64,000 nucleotides of DNA, from the NCBI GenBank assembly GCA_964548275.1, contig CAZJQI010000015.1, positions 6,842-70,841 of the forward strand, in the 5' to 3' direction. The notes beneath the pieces are model-generated. The model was not told where the DNA came from. It saw only the letters and a program-made list of their open reading frames with translations, and did not search any database. Shown one piece after another: positions 49,323 through 59,445 of the stretch; the first letter of the stretch is position 1; every line of letters starts with the position of its first letter. The position numbers were made by a program, and so were the translations under genes. This DNA comes from an uncultured Gemmatimonadales bacterium (lineage in GTDB: Bacteria; Gemmatimonadota; Glassbacteria; GWA2-58-10).

Positions 49323-50852
49323 ATGAAAACTCTAATTGCATCTGTAGCGGGACTGGTTGGCATGTTGATTCTAGCAGTTCCGGTTGCGGCACAGGAGGAG
49401 CCGATCATACTGACACTGGATAACGCAATCGAGCTGGCTCTTGAGAAAAGCTACGATGCACGCCGCGAACGTTTGATTCTGCTGGGCGCGCAACAGAATG
49501 TCGTCGCACAAAGAGGCCGTTTCAAAACCCAGGTGAATTTGACTCTGAACTCCCCTGATTTCCAGGAACAGGTCCAGGCCATCCCCCTTCCGAACGAGGT
49601 GCCTATCTATAATACGACCGGAACCTTGAGATGGCAATCTCAGATGAGGATCACCCAGCCCCTGCCCACCAACGGCAGTATCAGCTTGAGGTCGGATCTT
49701 TACCAGATTCGCGAGTCCGTGTTCAGGGAGCAGTTGGATATCACCGAGAAAGAAAAGCGCTTTTTCTCATCCTTCCGACTCATATTCAACCAGCCGCTGT
49801 TTGTCCCTAATACTCTCAAGCTGGGTATGGAAAGAGCCAATCTGGAGCATGAGCGGGCACAGAGGGAGTTCACGCGCACAGAGCTGGATGTGGTATACAG
49901 GGTTACAGAGGGCTTTTTCGGCCTATACAGCGCCATCCGCCGGCTGGAAATCGCCAGGGAGGAAGTGAACCAGCAGGAGCAGGCCTACGAACTGGCTCGG
50001 CAGAAATTTGATGCGGGCCTGATTCCTGAGGTCGGGGCGCTGCAAATGGAGGTTGACCTGGCCCAGAGCAGGAACAGGCTTCTGGAGGCTGAAGGCGATT
50101 TATCGCAGATGGAGGACCGGTTCAAGATCACAGTCGGTCTGCCTCTTGAACAGCAGGTGGCTGTAAAGACCGATTTCGCCCTGAGTCTGTTTAATGTGGA
50201 TGAAGAGAAAGCTATCGAACAAGGCCTTCGCCACCGGGCTGAAATCCGTCGCGGAGAAATCGACCGGCGGCTGGCGGAAATCACTGTTCAGGAGACCGAT
50301 GCCCGCACCGCGATCAGAGGTGATATTAGAGCTTACTATGACCTTACCGGTATCAGCGATCCTTTCCTTGACTATGGAGTCAGCACGGCCCGGCTTTTCA
50401 GATCCAGCATCAACGACATGCGGCGCCGTCCTAAAAACAGGGGAATAACCTTCACCCTGTCCGTGCCTATCTGGGATTCCGGAGTTAATCGCGCCGAGGT
50501 GGCTGCTGCACGGGCGAGGCTGGAAAGGAACGAGTTGACTGAAAGGGAAAACAAACGCCTTGTGGTTCAAGATATCAGAGCGGTTATTACCAGACTGCGG
50601 GAAACCCGCGGGCGCTTGGATGTCCTGAAAAGGAGCGAGGAAGTCGCCCTGCGAAGCTTTGAAATCAGCCAGGCCCAGTTCGACAACGGCGATATCACCA
50701 GCCAGGAGCTGGCAGAAAACCGGGACCGTCTGACAACGGCCCGCCAGAACTACCTTGCTGCCTATATCGACTACCAGTTGTCGGTAGCGGATCTCAAACG
50801 CAACACACTATATGACTTTGAAAAAGGGCGCAGCCTGGTGAAAGACTCCTGA
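49323..50852 (+). CDS. TolC-family outer membrane efflux protein
   Basis: 509 aa. Signal peptide. Two repeats of the alpha-helical/beta-barrel OEP architecture. Confidence 0.7.
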   Translation: MKTLIASVAGLVGMLILAVPVAAQEEPIILTLDNAIELALEKSYDARRERLILLGAQQNVVAQRGRFKTQVNLTLNSPDFQEQVQAIPLPNEVPIYNTTGTLRWQSQMRITQPLPTNGSISLRSDLYQIRESVFREQLDITEKEKRFFSSFRLIFNQPLFVPNTLKLGMERANLEHERAQREFTRTELDVVYRVTEGFFGLYSAIRRLEIAREEVNQQEQAYELARQKFDAGLIPEVGALQMEVDLAQSRNRLLEAEGDLSQMEDRFKITVGLPLEQQVAVKTDFALSLFNVDEEKAIEQGLRHRAEIRRGEIDRRLAEITVQETDARTAIRGDIRAYYDLTGISDPFLDYGVSTARLFRSSINDMRRRPKNRGITFTLSVPIWDSGVNRAEVAAARARLERNELTERENKRLVVQDIRAVITRLRETRGRLDVLKRSEEVALRSFEISQAQFDNGDITSQELAENRDRLTTARQNYLAAYIDYQLSVADLKRNTLYDFEKGRSLVKDS

Positions 50853-50954
50853 TAAAAGCCGCTGCGCTGTGACATGAGTAAGAAAATTGGAATAAAGTTG
50901 CCGGAGTATAGTAAATAATCGGCCGAACATGCCAAAGAAGGGAATGAGCCTTTC

Positions 50955-51650
50955 ATGCTGATCGAACTGCAGGGAATAGTGAAAATTTACCGTGTGGGCA
51001 ATTACGATGTCCGGGCACTTCAGGGTATAGACTTAAAAATAGAAAAAAACGGATATCTCGCTGTCATGGGCCCCTCCGGTTCCGGTAAGTCCACGCTGAT
51101 GAATATCCTGGGTTGTCTGGATACCCCCACTTCCGGTGTCCACACTTTCGAGGGCGAAAAGATAAGCGAGCTGAGCGATGACGAGCTTGCCGATATCCGC
51201 AATCGCAAGATCGGCTTTGTCTTTCAAACGTTCAATCTTCTCCCCAGGGCCACTGCGCTTACCAATGTGGAGTTGCCCTTGGTTTATAGCGGGATTACCA
51301 TCGAGCAGCGCAGGCGTTACGCAACCGAAGCTTTAGAAAAGGTGGGACTTGGCGACCGTCTGCACCACCGGCCGAATCAGCTCTCCGGCGGTCAGCGGCA
51401 GCGAGTAGCAATTGCCCGGGCCCTGGTTAACAATCCTTCGGTTATCCTCGCCGATGAACCCACAGGGAACCTGGATTCAAAGACTGGCGAGGGGATCATG
51501 GAGCTTTTCAATAACCTCAACAAGCTCGGGCATACTTTAATTGTAGTAACTCATGAAGAGTACATTGCTGCCGATGCCAGACGCACTATCAGGCTTCTTG
51601 ACGGCCGTATCGAGAACGACAATCGGAACGATCTACCACAAAGTGTTTAA
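50955..51650 (+). CDS. ABC transporter ATP-binding protein (MacB/LolD-type)
   Basis: 231 aa. GPSGSGKST Walker [16 protein letters not shown] signature, [11 protein letters not shown] Walker B. Confidence 0.8.
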   Translation: MLIELQGIVKIYRVGNYDVRALQGIDLKIEKNGYLAVMGPSGSGKSTLMNILGCLDTPTSGVHTFEGEKISELSDDELADIRNRKIGFVFQTFNLLPRATALTNVELPLVYSGITIEQRRRYATEALEKVGLGDRLHHRPNQLSGGQRQRVAIARALVNNPSVILADEPTGNLDSKTGEGIMELFNNLNKLGHTLIVVTHEEYIAADARRTIRLLDGRIENDNRNDLPQSV

Positions 51651-51767
51651 GTTTGAATACTTCATGGCGATAATTTCATCAAAAAGGCCATTTTAAACGT
51701 AAAGGCGCAGCCTTTTAAGGTCGTGCTTTTGAATTATGCAAACAATAGCAATAAAAATTGGATTCGA

Positions 51768-54700
51768 TTAAATAGCTCCCTGGCTCCCAAAGCACGCCAC
51801 GCTGCCATTCTTCTGTACCACTATTACACGGCCATCTCTGTCAATCAGCAGGCCGCTCGGCAGGGCAGGAGAGGAAAGCTCATGCTCCCAGGCCACCTTG
51901 CCACTTGCACGGTCAATTGAACGCACACTCCAGCGTGAGTTCCTGGAAGACTCCACCGGGGTTTCGCAAACAGCGAGAACCGCATTTAGCGCGACCGCCA
52001 GGGATACGGTTTCACTACCCCCGAGTTCAGTAGCCACCCATTTGCACTCGGGCCACTTGCTATCTGCATTCCCCTTTTCCAGGTACTCCTCGACAAGCTC
52101 CAGCGGAAAGCTGGCCAGTGTCAAATAAGGCCTGTCCGCCGGAGATTTTCTGTCATCCCAGATCACCTTGTATCGACCATGTACTATGAAAAACCCTTTA
52201 TCATCCCAGGCGGGAGGGATGGTTCTCCAGGTCAAATCAATCCCTTCGTCCAGTTTACCGCTGGCCTGGATACCGAATACAGTAAATTTACCGGGCTTGA
52301 CATTATCATCACTAGGAGAATAACGCAGCCTGCCACCCAGCATCAGGTAGCGTCCGCCGATTATTCCGACCTCCTGACCCCTGTTGGACCTGGGTGAACC
52401 ATCACCAGCCGAGCCCCCCAGATATTTGCCTGTTGCCAGGTCGTAGGAGGCAGGAGAGACTACGTTGCCGCCTGGCATCCAGAGCCGCCCCTGCCCTATA
52501 CTGAGAACTCCCTGAGCGCTGACCCCCTTACGCAGTTCCCTGTCCAGGTGTCCGGAGGAGATGTTTTGCCACTTGAGCTTTCCGGTCACGGCATCCAGAG
52601 CATATACATATGTACCGTCGTAGTCGACTATCCCTGCGGCGGCATAAGCCACTCCATCCTCGACCAGGATGCCGTTGTTAACCGGCCATGTTGAGCAGAT
52701 AGAACCGTAGACCATTATCCTGCGTTCGGCTGGTGCGGCGCGGAAGCGCCAGAGCAATTTTCCGTTCGTTGCCTCCAGAGCGTAGATATAGCCGTCGCCT
52801 GAGCCGACATAAGCCCGCCCCTGCCAGATAGTAGGCGGATGCATCACAGGTCCCCCGGTGAGAAATGTCCACACAGGCTTGCCGGAAGATGCATCGAGCG
52901 CGCGAACCTTGCAGTCATCGCCGCAGAGAAAAATCAAGCCCCCGGCTGCAGTGGGAACCGTGGGTTTGTTGGCGTTCCGGGGAATGAATTCCCAGATTTT
53001 TTCTGCCTTTCCCGGGACGGCAACCCTTGAACCTGCACTGCGGAAATTGTTGGCCCGGTAAGTGGGCCAGTCCTTGTCCGAGATATCCAAAGGCGCAACT
53101 CGTTCCGGTTCCGGCACCATTGCTTCCAGTCTGTCGGCGTTGTTGGCCTTACACTCGAAGTCAAAATCTCCTGCCGGGCACAGCACCACCCTGCCTACCA
53201 GAGTCAGGTTGCAGTCGCAGGGCCAGAGGCCCAGGTAAAGCAGCCCGTTGGCCGGGATAGCCCCATCGTTACACGCCGGCCGGACAGCACCGTTATAGAA
53301 GACTTTCTTTTTCTTGCGATCATATCTGGTAAGGCCGTCTTCCCAGCCGCGGCAAAAGTAGGAATTCCGGGTAGCGGTGAGCCTTGCACAGTTGTGTTTG
53401 CTAAACCCCAGATCTTCGATAGTCTCTCCGGTCAGCGGGTCGATCACCTGGGTGCTGCCCTCCGGCCCGATCCCCACCACCAGGTTGCCGTCCACACAGA
53501 GCATGTTGGGATTGTTGGTGGTCTTTTTCCGGTGCCAGAGCAGGCTCCCATCCTTGCTTGACACGGCGACGATGTTCATTCTGGTCTGGGCTTCATAGAA
53601 AATTGCTCTGGGCGTGTAGAGACAGAAACAGGTAGTGCGGAACCCCGGAGTGGAAGTCAGGCCCTTGCCCGGTTCCTCGACCAGTTCCCTGATCAAAGGG
53701 TCGCCGTTAGTCCAGAGCAGCCTTCCGGTTTTTGCATTGACACAACCGACATGGGAATCAGGGCCGTAGAAAAATATTTTTCCGTCCCCGATAACCATGG
53801 CACGGGAATCCAGCGGGGCTTCTTCAGCGTGGACCCAGAGCACCTTCTTTCTATCTAACTCGTAAGCCAGTATCGTAGTGCCGAATCCCCATGGGACTCG
53901 CTCTTCGTAGTAGCCTGGGCTCAGGTCGTCCCAGCTCCAGGCCATGGAGTTGCTGCGAACCAGGTGCGTCTGGGGCGGATCCTTGGCCTCGCCCAGAAGG
54001 GCATACAGTATGCCGTCAGCCAGGGCTATCCATTTCCACTCCCCTTTGAGCTCGGGGATGCGCACCCTGTCTTTCTCCTCCCCGGTTTTCGGATCAAGCA
54101 ACAGGCAACCGTTACCCTCAGGACTTATCATGTAGAAAGTCTTCCCTGTGGCGATAAAAGCCGAACGGTGCGCCAGGTAACCATCCGGGAGCTTCTTTGT
54201 CCACAGTTCGGTCCCATTGTAGCCATTTTGCGCAACCAGCGTATTGAGCCAGGTCTCCTCGCGTTTATGGTGCGCGATGTGGCCTGCGGCTGTGAATACT
54301 CTCCCCTCGGCAACTGTTGTGATGGCGGGCATGGATATGAAATAGGGAAGCCCCAGGAAATGAGTCATGAAAGGCGCCCTGATCGCTGTGTCCCTGGAAA
54401 CCGGGTTGTTGTCAGGCCCATGCTCCCAGTGAGTCCAGTCTGCTGCGCCCTCCAGGGGCGGCTTGGTAACCACTGCCCAGAGACCGTAGCTGTCCTTTGC
54501 CATCGAGTGCTCGACATTGCCTGCGGACCTCAGCCAGACAGACAACTGCTCTGCACTCAGACCCCTCTTGCCCGGGGCTCTCAGCCTGCCGATTACAGCT
54601 TTGCCACGTGGCCGAAGCACACGCAGGATTTCAGGCAGACAAAGCCTGTCCAGTTCGCTCCCTTTGATATGTGTGGATACGACAAGATCAATCATATTAT

Positions 54701-55058
54701 CTGCATACGGCAGTTTCTCTAAAGACTGTTCATCAGCAGTCATGGTTTTGCCGTAGAGTCCTTCTTTATCCGCCCTTTTTCTCACAGTCTCTACAACAGG
54801 GCCCTGAGGGTCGAGAAGGTTTACGATAAAGCTGCCGGACCGGGCAAGCTCCATGGCCAGCTTATCATTATCCCCGCCGAGAACCGAGCATACCCCCCGC
54901 TCGATTCCGGTCAATTCGATGAGATGGGCTGCAACAGCAGGTTCATCAGGGGCAGCCGCTTCGGCTTGCGCTGCAAGGGGTGAGGGTCCTATCAGGTATT
55001 CAGCAAAAAGGAAGACCAGAAAGCATGCCAGGAAACTGCAATGACGGTTCGAAGACAT
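51768..55058 (-). CDS. large secreted protein: N-terminal class-I-methyltransferase-like fold (degenerate motif I) fused to multi-blade PQQ/BamB-like beta-propeller repeats
   Basis: 1096 aa. Signal peptide. VLGGDNDKLAMELAR / IVNLLD / DLVVS / LRPRGKAVI resemble SAM-MTase motifs I/post-I/II/III but lack GxGxG. Multiple YALDA.TGK..W PQQ-repeat units. Confidence 0.6.
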   Translation of the reverse strand: MSSNRHCSFLACFLVFLFAEYLIGPSPLAAQAEAAAPDEPAVAAHLIELTGIERGVCSVLGGDNDKLAMELARSGSFIVNLLDPQGPVVETVRKRADKEGLYGKTMTADEQSLEKLPYADNMIDLVVSTHIKGSELDRLCLPEILRVLRPRGKAVIGRLRAPGKRGLSAEQLSVWLRSAGNVEHSMAKDSYGLWAVVTKPPLEGAADWTHWEHGPDNNPVSRDTAIRAPFMTHFLGLPYFISMPAITTVAEGRVFTAAGHIAHHKREETWLNTLVAQNGYNGTELWTKKLPDGYLAHRSAFIATGKTFYMISPEGNGCLLLDPKTGEEKDRVRIPELKGEWKWIALADGILYALLGEAKDPPQTHLVRSNSMAWSWDDLSPGYYEERVPWGFGTTILAYELDRKKVLWVHAEEAPLDSRAMVIGDGKIFFYGPDSHVGCVNAKTGRLLWTNGDPLIRELVEEPGKGLTSTPGFRTTCFCLYTPRAIFYEAQTRMNIVAVSSKDGSLLWHRKKTTNNPNMLCVDGNLVVGIGPEGSTQVIDPLTGETIEDLGFSKHNCARLTATRNSYFCRGWEDGLTRYDRKKKKVFYNGAVRPACNDGAIPANGLLYLGLWPCDCNLTLVGRVVLCPAGDFDFECKANNADRLEAMVPEPERVAPLDISDKDWPTYRANNFRSAGSRVAVPGKAEKIWEFIPRNANKPTVPTAAGGLIFLCGDDCKVRALDASSGKPVWTFLTGGPVMHPPTIWQGRAYVGSGDGYIYALEATNGKLLWRFRAAPAERRIMVYGSICSTWPVNNGILVEDGVAYAAAGIVDYDGTYVYALDAVTGKLKWQNISSGHLDRELRKGVSAQGVLSIGQGRLWMPGGNVVSPASYDLATGKYLGGSAGDGSPRSNRGQEVGIIGGRYLMLGGRLRYSPSDDNVKPGKFTVFGIQASGKLDEGIDLTWRTIPPAWDDKGFFIVHGRYKVIWDDRKSPADRPYLTLASFPLELVEEYLEKGNADSKWPECKWVATELGGSETVSLAVALNAVLAVCETPVESSRNSRWSVRSIDRASGKVAWEHELSSPALPSGLLIDRDGRVIVVQKNGSVACFGSQGAI

Positions 55059-55224
55059 CGGCGCCTCCAGGATAGGTACTGATTGGAAAAAAATCTTTTT
55101 GTTTTCAGGTGGGAAGTGTAATACGAGTTTTTTGTATCCTGTTTAGTCAGCGAAAGTGGAACTGGCGGTCCGGATAATTAAATTACACTTTTGGTGTTGA
55201 AGGACAAGTTGTTTCTCTCATTTT

Positions 55225-55390
55225 TTAATCGAAAATAATTCCTCGAAGATTTGCCTCTGGGTAGCCCGCCCCGGAGGATCAGTATGCATTCCCCCTTATC
55301 AAAGGGGGACACAGGGGGATGTCTCGATCAAATTCATCATTGTGATACCTCGCAGCTCTGCTGCGGGGTAGTTCATTACAACTTCCATAG
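55225..55390. repeat. dispersed repeat family B, copy 2
   Basis: aatcgaaaataattcctcgaag..., cattcccccttatcaaagggggacacaggggg, cctcgcagctctgctgcggggtagttcatt. Confidence 0.5.
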
Positions 55391-55501
55391 TTCAGATACA
55401 TTTTTCAATCAAGAAAAAAGGGCCTGCTTTTTTGGAGCAGACCCTTGGTAGTAATGGCAGGCCATATCGGACCCTGGCCGCCTGAAGTTTTGATGCAGAA
55501 C

Positions 55502-56890
55502 TTAACGCCGAGCAACACGGAAACCTATGTAGCTGCTCCTGTAGCTCGGCTCGTGGGGGCTACGATTGGCTACCCGGCATGATTCTGAACAAGTGTTCCA
55601 ACCACAGCCACGGGTGACACGTTCTTTGCCGTATTCCGGGCCCGGCGGATTATGGCGCGGGCTGTAACTGTAATAAATCTTATCATACCAGTCATTGCAC
55701 CACTCACTCACATTACCTGTCATTTCTCTCAAACCAAACGGATTCGCCGGGTAAATGCCCACATTACGCGGATAGCCGATATGCCTATTATAATTATAAT
55801 TTGCTTTAGTGTTGTCTATAGTCCCATCAATGGTACCATATTCAAATTGCTGACCACCGCGGGCTGCATACTCCCATTCGGCCTCTGTGGGCAGACTTAT
55901 TCCATAATGCCTGGCAAACGCATAAGCTCCATACCAGGTCACAGAAACAACCGGCCAGTTCTCCTTGCCTGGCTCAACATTAAAACCGGCGTAGTCGTAT
56001 TTTATATAACAGCGGTTGATTGTATCGATTGGAGTTGAATCTATAATAAAGCCTTTGGAAAATTCCAAATACGTCTGGCCGCTGTAGTCGCCAGAGACAC
56101 CGATCACGCTGTCCTTGGTCACTGTTATCTCTCCTGCGGCAAGGGCATCGTTCAGGTAGGCCGCATACTGAGCATTGGTTATCTCGGTGGCGCTTATCTG
56201 GAATGCGTCCAGGGTCACAGTGTGAGCAGGCCATTCATCAGCAAGATCATCATCACTCATAACTATAGTTCCCATCCGGAAGCTGTCAGCAGGGAGCGAG
56301 ACCATTGTTATACCCGGGATACCTGCAATCTTGACGATATATATACTGTTGGTTGTATCAGTGCCCACCACGAGTTCAAGCTCGCCACTATTGAACCACT
56401 CAGGGATTATTATCATTATGCTTTCAAGGCTGAACTCCAGAAGATTCACTTCCCTGCCATCTATATAGGCCTTCACGCTGTCGGCTGTTGTGGCCTCATC
56501 GAAGCTTTCCACGTAAATAGTCAAGGTATCGCCCGGTTCAACTAACCTTTGGCTGAGGCTGGCTATAACCGGCTCCCAGTAAATAATCCCGGGCTCCTCA
56601 GCACCTGAGAGCACTTTCAGCAGGCCCAGCAGGTCGAAGATATCTACAGACCCACTTTCGTCCACGTCCGCAATCTGCCTGGTCCTTTCCGGTTGCCCTT
56701 CCGGGCTGGACAGCATCTTCAGCATCTCCAGCAGGTCGAAGATGTCCAGCCGGCCGTCCTCGTTGATGTCTCCCCGGAAGCTAGACTCTACCGCAGGCTG
56801 GACCTGCAAGATTGAAACCGCTGATATAGGAAATGCAAAGAAAACCAGGAGGATAATAAAAAGGCTGAAGTAAAAGCGCAGCGCCTGCAT
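55502..56890 (-). CDS. secreted protein with two dockerin-like Ca-binding repeats and C-terminal FGE-sulfatase (SUMF1-family) domain
   Basis: Start at MQALRFYF with GGAGG 5 nt upstream. DINEDGRLDIFDLLEMLKMLSS and DVDESGSVDIFDLLGLLKVLSG repeats. LPTEAEWEYAARGG, MTGNVSEWCND, TRGCGWN FGE motifs. Confidence 0.65.
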   Translation of the reverse strand: MQALRFYFSLFIILLVFFAFPISAVSILQVQPAVESSFRGDINEDGRLDIFDLLEMLKMLSSPEGQPERTRQIADVDESGSVDIFDLLGLLKVLSGAEEPGIIYWEPVIASLSQRLVEPGDTLTIYVESFDEATTADSVKAYIDGREVNLLEFSLESIMIIIPEWFNSGELELVVGTDTTNSIYIVKIAGIPGITMVSLPADSFRMGTIVMSDDDLADEWPAHTVTLDAFQISATEITNAQYAAYLNDALAAGEITVTKDSVIGVSGDYSGQTYLEFSKGFIIDSTPIDTINRCYIKYDYAGFNVEPGKENWPVVSVTWYGAYAFARHYGISLPTEAEWEYAARGGQQFEYGTIDGTIDNTKANYNYNRHIGYPRNVGIYPANPFGLREMTGNVSEWCNDWYDKIYYSYSPRHNPPGPEYGKERVTRGCGWNTCSESCRVANRSPHEPSYRSSYIGFRVARR

Positions 56891-57049
56891 ACCGACCTCC
56901 AGAAAACCAACCTCGGTGCTTTCCGATGATTCCAATATATATTATCGTAAAAAATTTAAAAAAGTTACTTTTAAGATACACCAGATACAAGCGTGAGCTT
57001 GTCAGTTCATTTTAAGCATAAAAGTCTGCCGTTTCCAGCAAATTTTTGC

Positions 57050-57430
57050 TTTAATCGAAAAGAATTCCCCGGAGCTTGCTCCGGGGTAAAATGCTTGATG
57101 GTTTTATCCTTGTTTTCAATGAGTTGCCGTGTGACACATAGAATATTTATTTTCATCCTTCACAATTCGGAAAGAAGGGGATTTAAACCTGGTGATTTTA
57201 TTTCAGATCGTGCTTGAGAGCCACCATTCCCCCCTAACAAGGGGGTACATTCCAAATTCCCCCTTATCAAGGAGGTTCATTCCAATTCCCCCCTATCAAG
57301 GGGGGAGACAGGGGGGTGTTATATTATACAGTTGGGGTTTAGTACCCGAAATCAGGATCACGGATTTCAGGGATTCACACACAGATCACACTGATACCCC
57401 GCAGCTCTGCCGCGAGGTAGTTCATTGGCA
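57050..57430. repeat. dispersed repeat family B, copy 3, with a ~100 bp insert and a mini-array of three ~30 bp hairpin units
   Basis: Mini-array at ~57226-57318: ATTCC..ATTCCCCC(T/C)TATCAAGGGGG repeated three times. Terminal module ccccgcagctctgccgcgaggtagttcatt. Confidence 0.5.
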
Positions 57431-57744
57431 GGCCATAGCTGACTATTCAATACTTTTGTGTCCAATTTATTCGTGGCTTTACAGAAGGGATTTCTGGAAA
57501 ACGGAACCGAAGGAGGAGGTATTTAATTCCCTAAAGAAATTGCCCATAGATGATACTGACTTACCCATCTTCGGCCACCCGGGAAGGATGTGGAGAAGCC
57601 GTAAAGTTCAAAGGAAGGATCAAGACGGTATTTTCTTGACTTCAATAAAATTATAGCAAACTGCTGATAGCGTGGCAAGTTTATACTTTCAGCCAACTTT
57701 GAGTATGTCTTGAGGCGAGCCACAGTTGAACAAGTAACATTATC

Positions 57745-59445
57745 TCAAGGCATCAGAACTCCGCCGATCTGGGGCGGGTAGAAATAACCCATGGAGGCTG
57801 CTGTTACACCCAGACGGTATTGTCTGTCCTGCATGAGACAAATTCGGCGCCTGTCAGTCGGAATTGTAGTCGAATAAATCCGAATTTCGCCGGGAAGACT
57901 GGTGATTATTTCCTCTCTCCAATCTCCCAAACAATCGGCTATTCCTATCACCCTGCCCTCGATTTTCATAATTGTCCCGCCGTTATAATCAAATATCTTA
58001 CCATTACATTCTATTTCTTTTTGCAAGTCTGCATCCCACCAGACAGCTCTCGGCGCAAGAGTGCCGATACTTTTATCGGATAATAGTTTCCCCTGGGCAG
58101 AGTAGAGCCAGAACTGGCTGCGGTCACTTTCTCCGGCATAGCATTCCATGCCGGGCTGAGAGGCGTCGATATCGCCCACCATTCCCTGGCTGTGAACATG
58201 TTTTGTCCGGCCTTTGTAGCCCCAGATAATCTTTCCTGTTCTGGCTTCTACCAGACACACACCGTTCTCTTCTCGAGCTGGTTCAATCCCGTAGAATATT
58301 TCCAATCCGGGCCTCTCAGGATCGATATCAGCAACATACCCGACATCTGGATGGCCGAGACCGGTAGTCCACAGGGCTTTCCCGTTATCGTCGAGTACTG
58401 CCGAGCCGATAACCAGTTCATCCCGCCTGTCTTGATCAATATCGGCCGAAATAAGACCGTGTTGTCCCTGCCCCTGATATTTTTCATCAGCTCCAGAGGC
58501 TTCCCAGTACCATATCTCTTTTAGATCAGCGTCAAAAGCCCTGGTTTTAATTATGCCATAAGTCCCTCTCTGCATTATAAGAGAAGGCTGTTTTCCATCC
58601 AGGTAGGCCAGAGCCAGAAAGTTGCGGGTTACATGACTCACAGTATCGAAACCATCCCTGCTGAGCCAGGGTATCTTCCTGACCAGTTCCCCTGTCAAAC
58701 CGTCTATCTTAACCAGGTATTCCGGGCCTGTCAGGACATGCCCATCTATTTCCCTCGTGTCACCCTCTCCTGCTTTTGCGTAAAGCTCAGCTCGCCCGTC
58801 GCAGTCCAGATCATATACTATATAGGGAGAATACCAGGTTCCAGCTTCAATAGCCCAGCCCATATCATATCGCCAGAGAAAACGGCCCTGGGATGTATAA
58901 GCCTCGATTTTGTAAGTTTCCCTGCTCCGCCTCCAGTAGCCCGGCTCGCGCCAGGGATCGGTGTTAAAGTCTGGCTGCTTGATGATATAATCGTAGGCAC
59001 CGTCAGAATCCAGATCGGCTATGGCCACATTCCGGGCTGTATAGTCTCCCTGCAGGAGAATTTGAATATACGGTATAGAGAAAGGAAAGGCGCGTACGAA
59101 AAACACCTTTGACACTTTGCCTTCCTTGCCGTTTATGACCGGGCGCACGTGGTAACAGTAGGGCGCCCCTGGAGCCGCAGTGTTATCCAGAAAGTTGGTG
59201 GATTTTGAGATGGGTTTTTCATTCACCCTCGTTAATGCTCCGCTAAGGACCTCGCGCCGGTAAACATTAAAACTGATGTTTTCCGGATCGGACTTCAACA
59301 GTCTCCAGCTAACAAATATTTCGCCGCGATCCTTGGCCAGGGCGACCAGGCCGCGGTCTATTTGTTCGCCTGTGGTTAGAGAAAAAATGGAATTAACGTT
59401 CAGGCAGGCTAAGCAGGCAATCATTATAATAATTCGCGGCAGCAT
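57745..59445 (-). CDS. secreted beta-propeller protein, rhamnogalacturonan lyase family 11 (PL11)-like with FG-GAP/DxDxDG calcium-binding repeats
   Basis: Start at MLPRIIIMIACLACLN (signal peptide). EIFVSWRLL...ISFNVYRR N-terminal motif. Repeated DLDSDGAYD / DLDCDGRAE / DIDQDRRDE loops. Confidence 0.45.
   Translation of the reverse strand: MLPRIIIMIACLACLNVNSIFSLTTGEQIDRGLVALAKDRGEIFVSWRLLKSDPENISFNVYRREVLSGALTRVNEKPISKSTNFLDNTAAPGAPYCYHVRPVINGKEGKVSKVFFVRAFPFSIPYIQILLQGDYTARNVAIADLDSDGAYDYIIKQPDFNTDPWREPGYWRRSRETYKIEAYTSQGRFLWRYDMGWAIEAGTWYSPYIVYDLDCDGRAELYAKAGEGDTREIDGHVLTGPEYLVKIDGLTGELVRKIPWLSRDGFDTVSHVTRNFLALAYLDGKQPSLIMQRGTYGIIKTRAFDADLKEIWYWEASGADEKYQGQGQHGLISADIDQDRRDELVIGSAVLDDNGKALWTTGLGHPDVGYVADIDPERPGLEIFYGIEPAREENGVCLVEARTGKIIWGYKGRTKHVHSQGMVGDIDASQPGMECYAGESDRSQFWLYSAQGKLLSDKSIGTLAPRAVWWDADLQKEIECNGKIFDYNGGTIMKIEGRVIGIADCLGDWREEIITSLPGEIRIYSTTIPTDRRRICLMQDRQYRLGVTAASMGYFYPPQIGGVLMP

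Noticed and set aside
57226-57318. Possible CRISPR array (three tandem hairpin units)
   Set aside because: Units are ~30 bp, directly abutting with no spacers, imperfect, only three copies, and no cas genes; treated as a tandem hairpin repeat.
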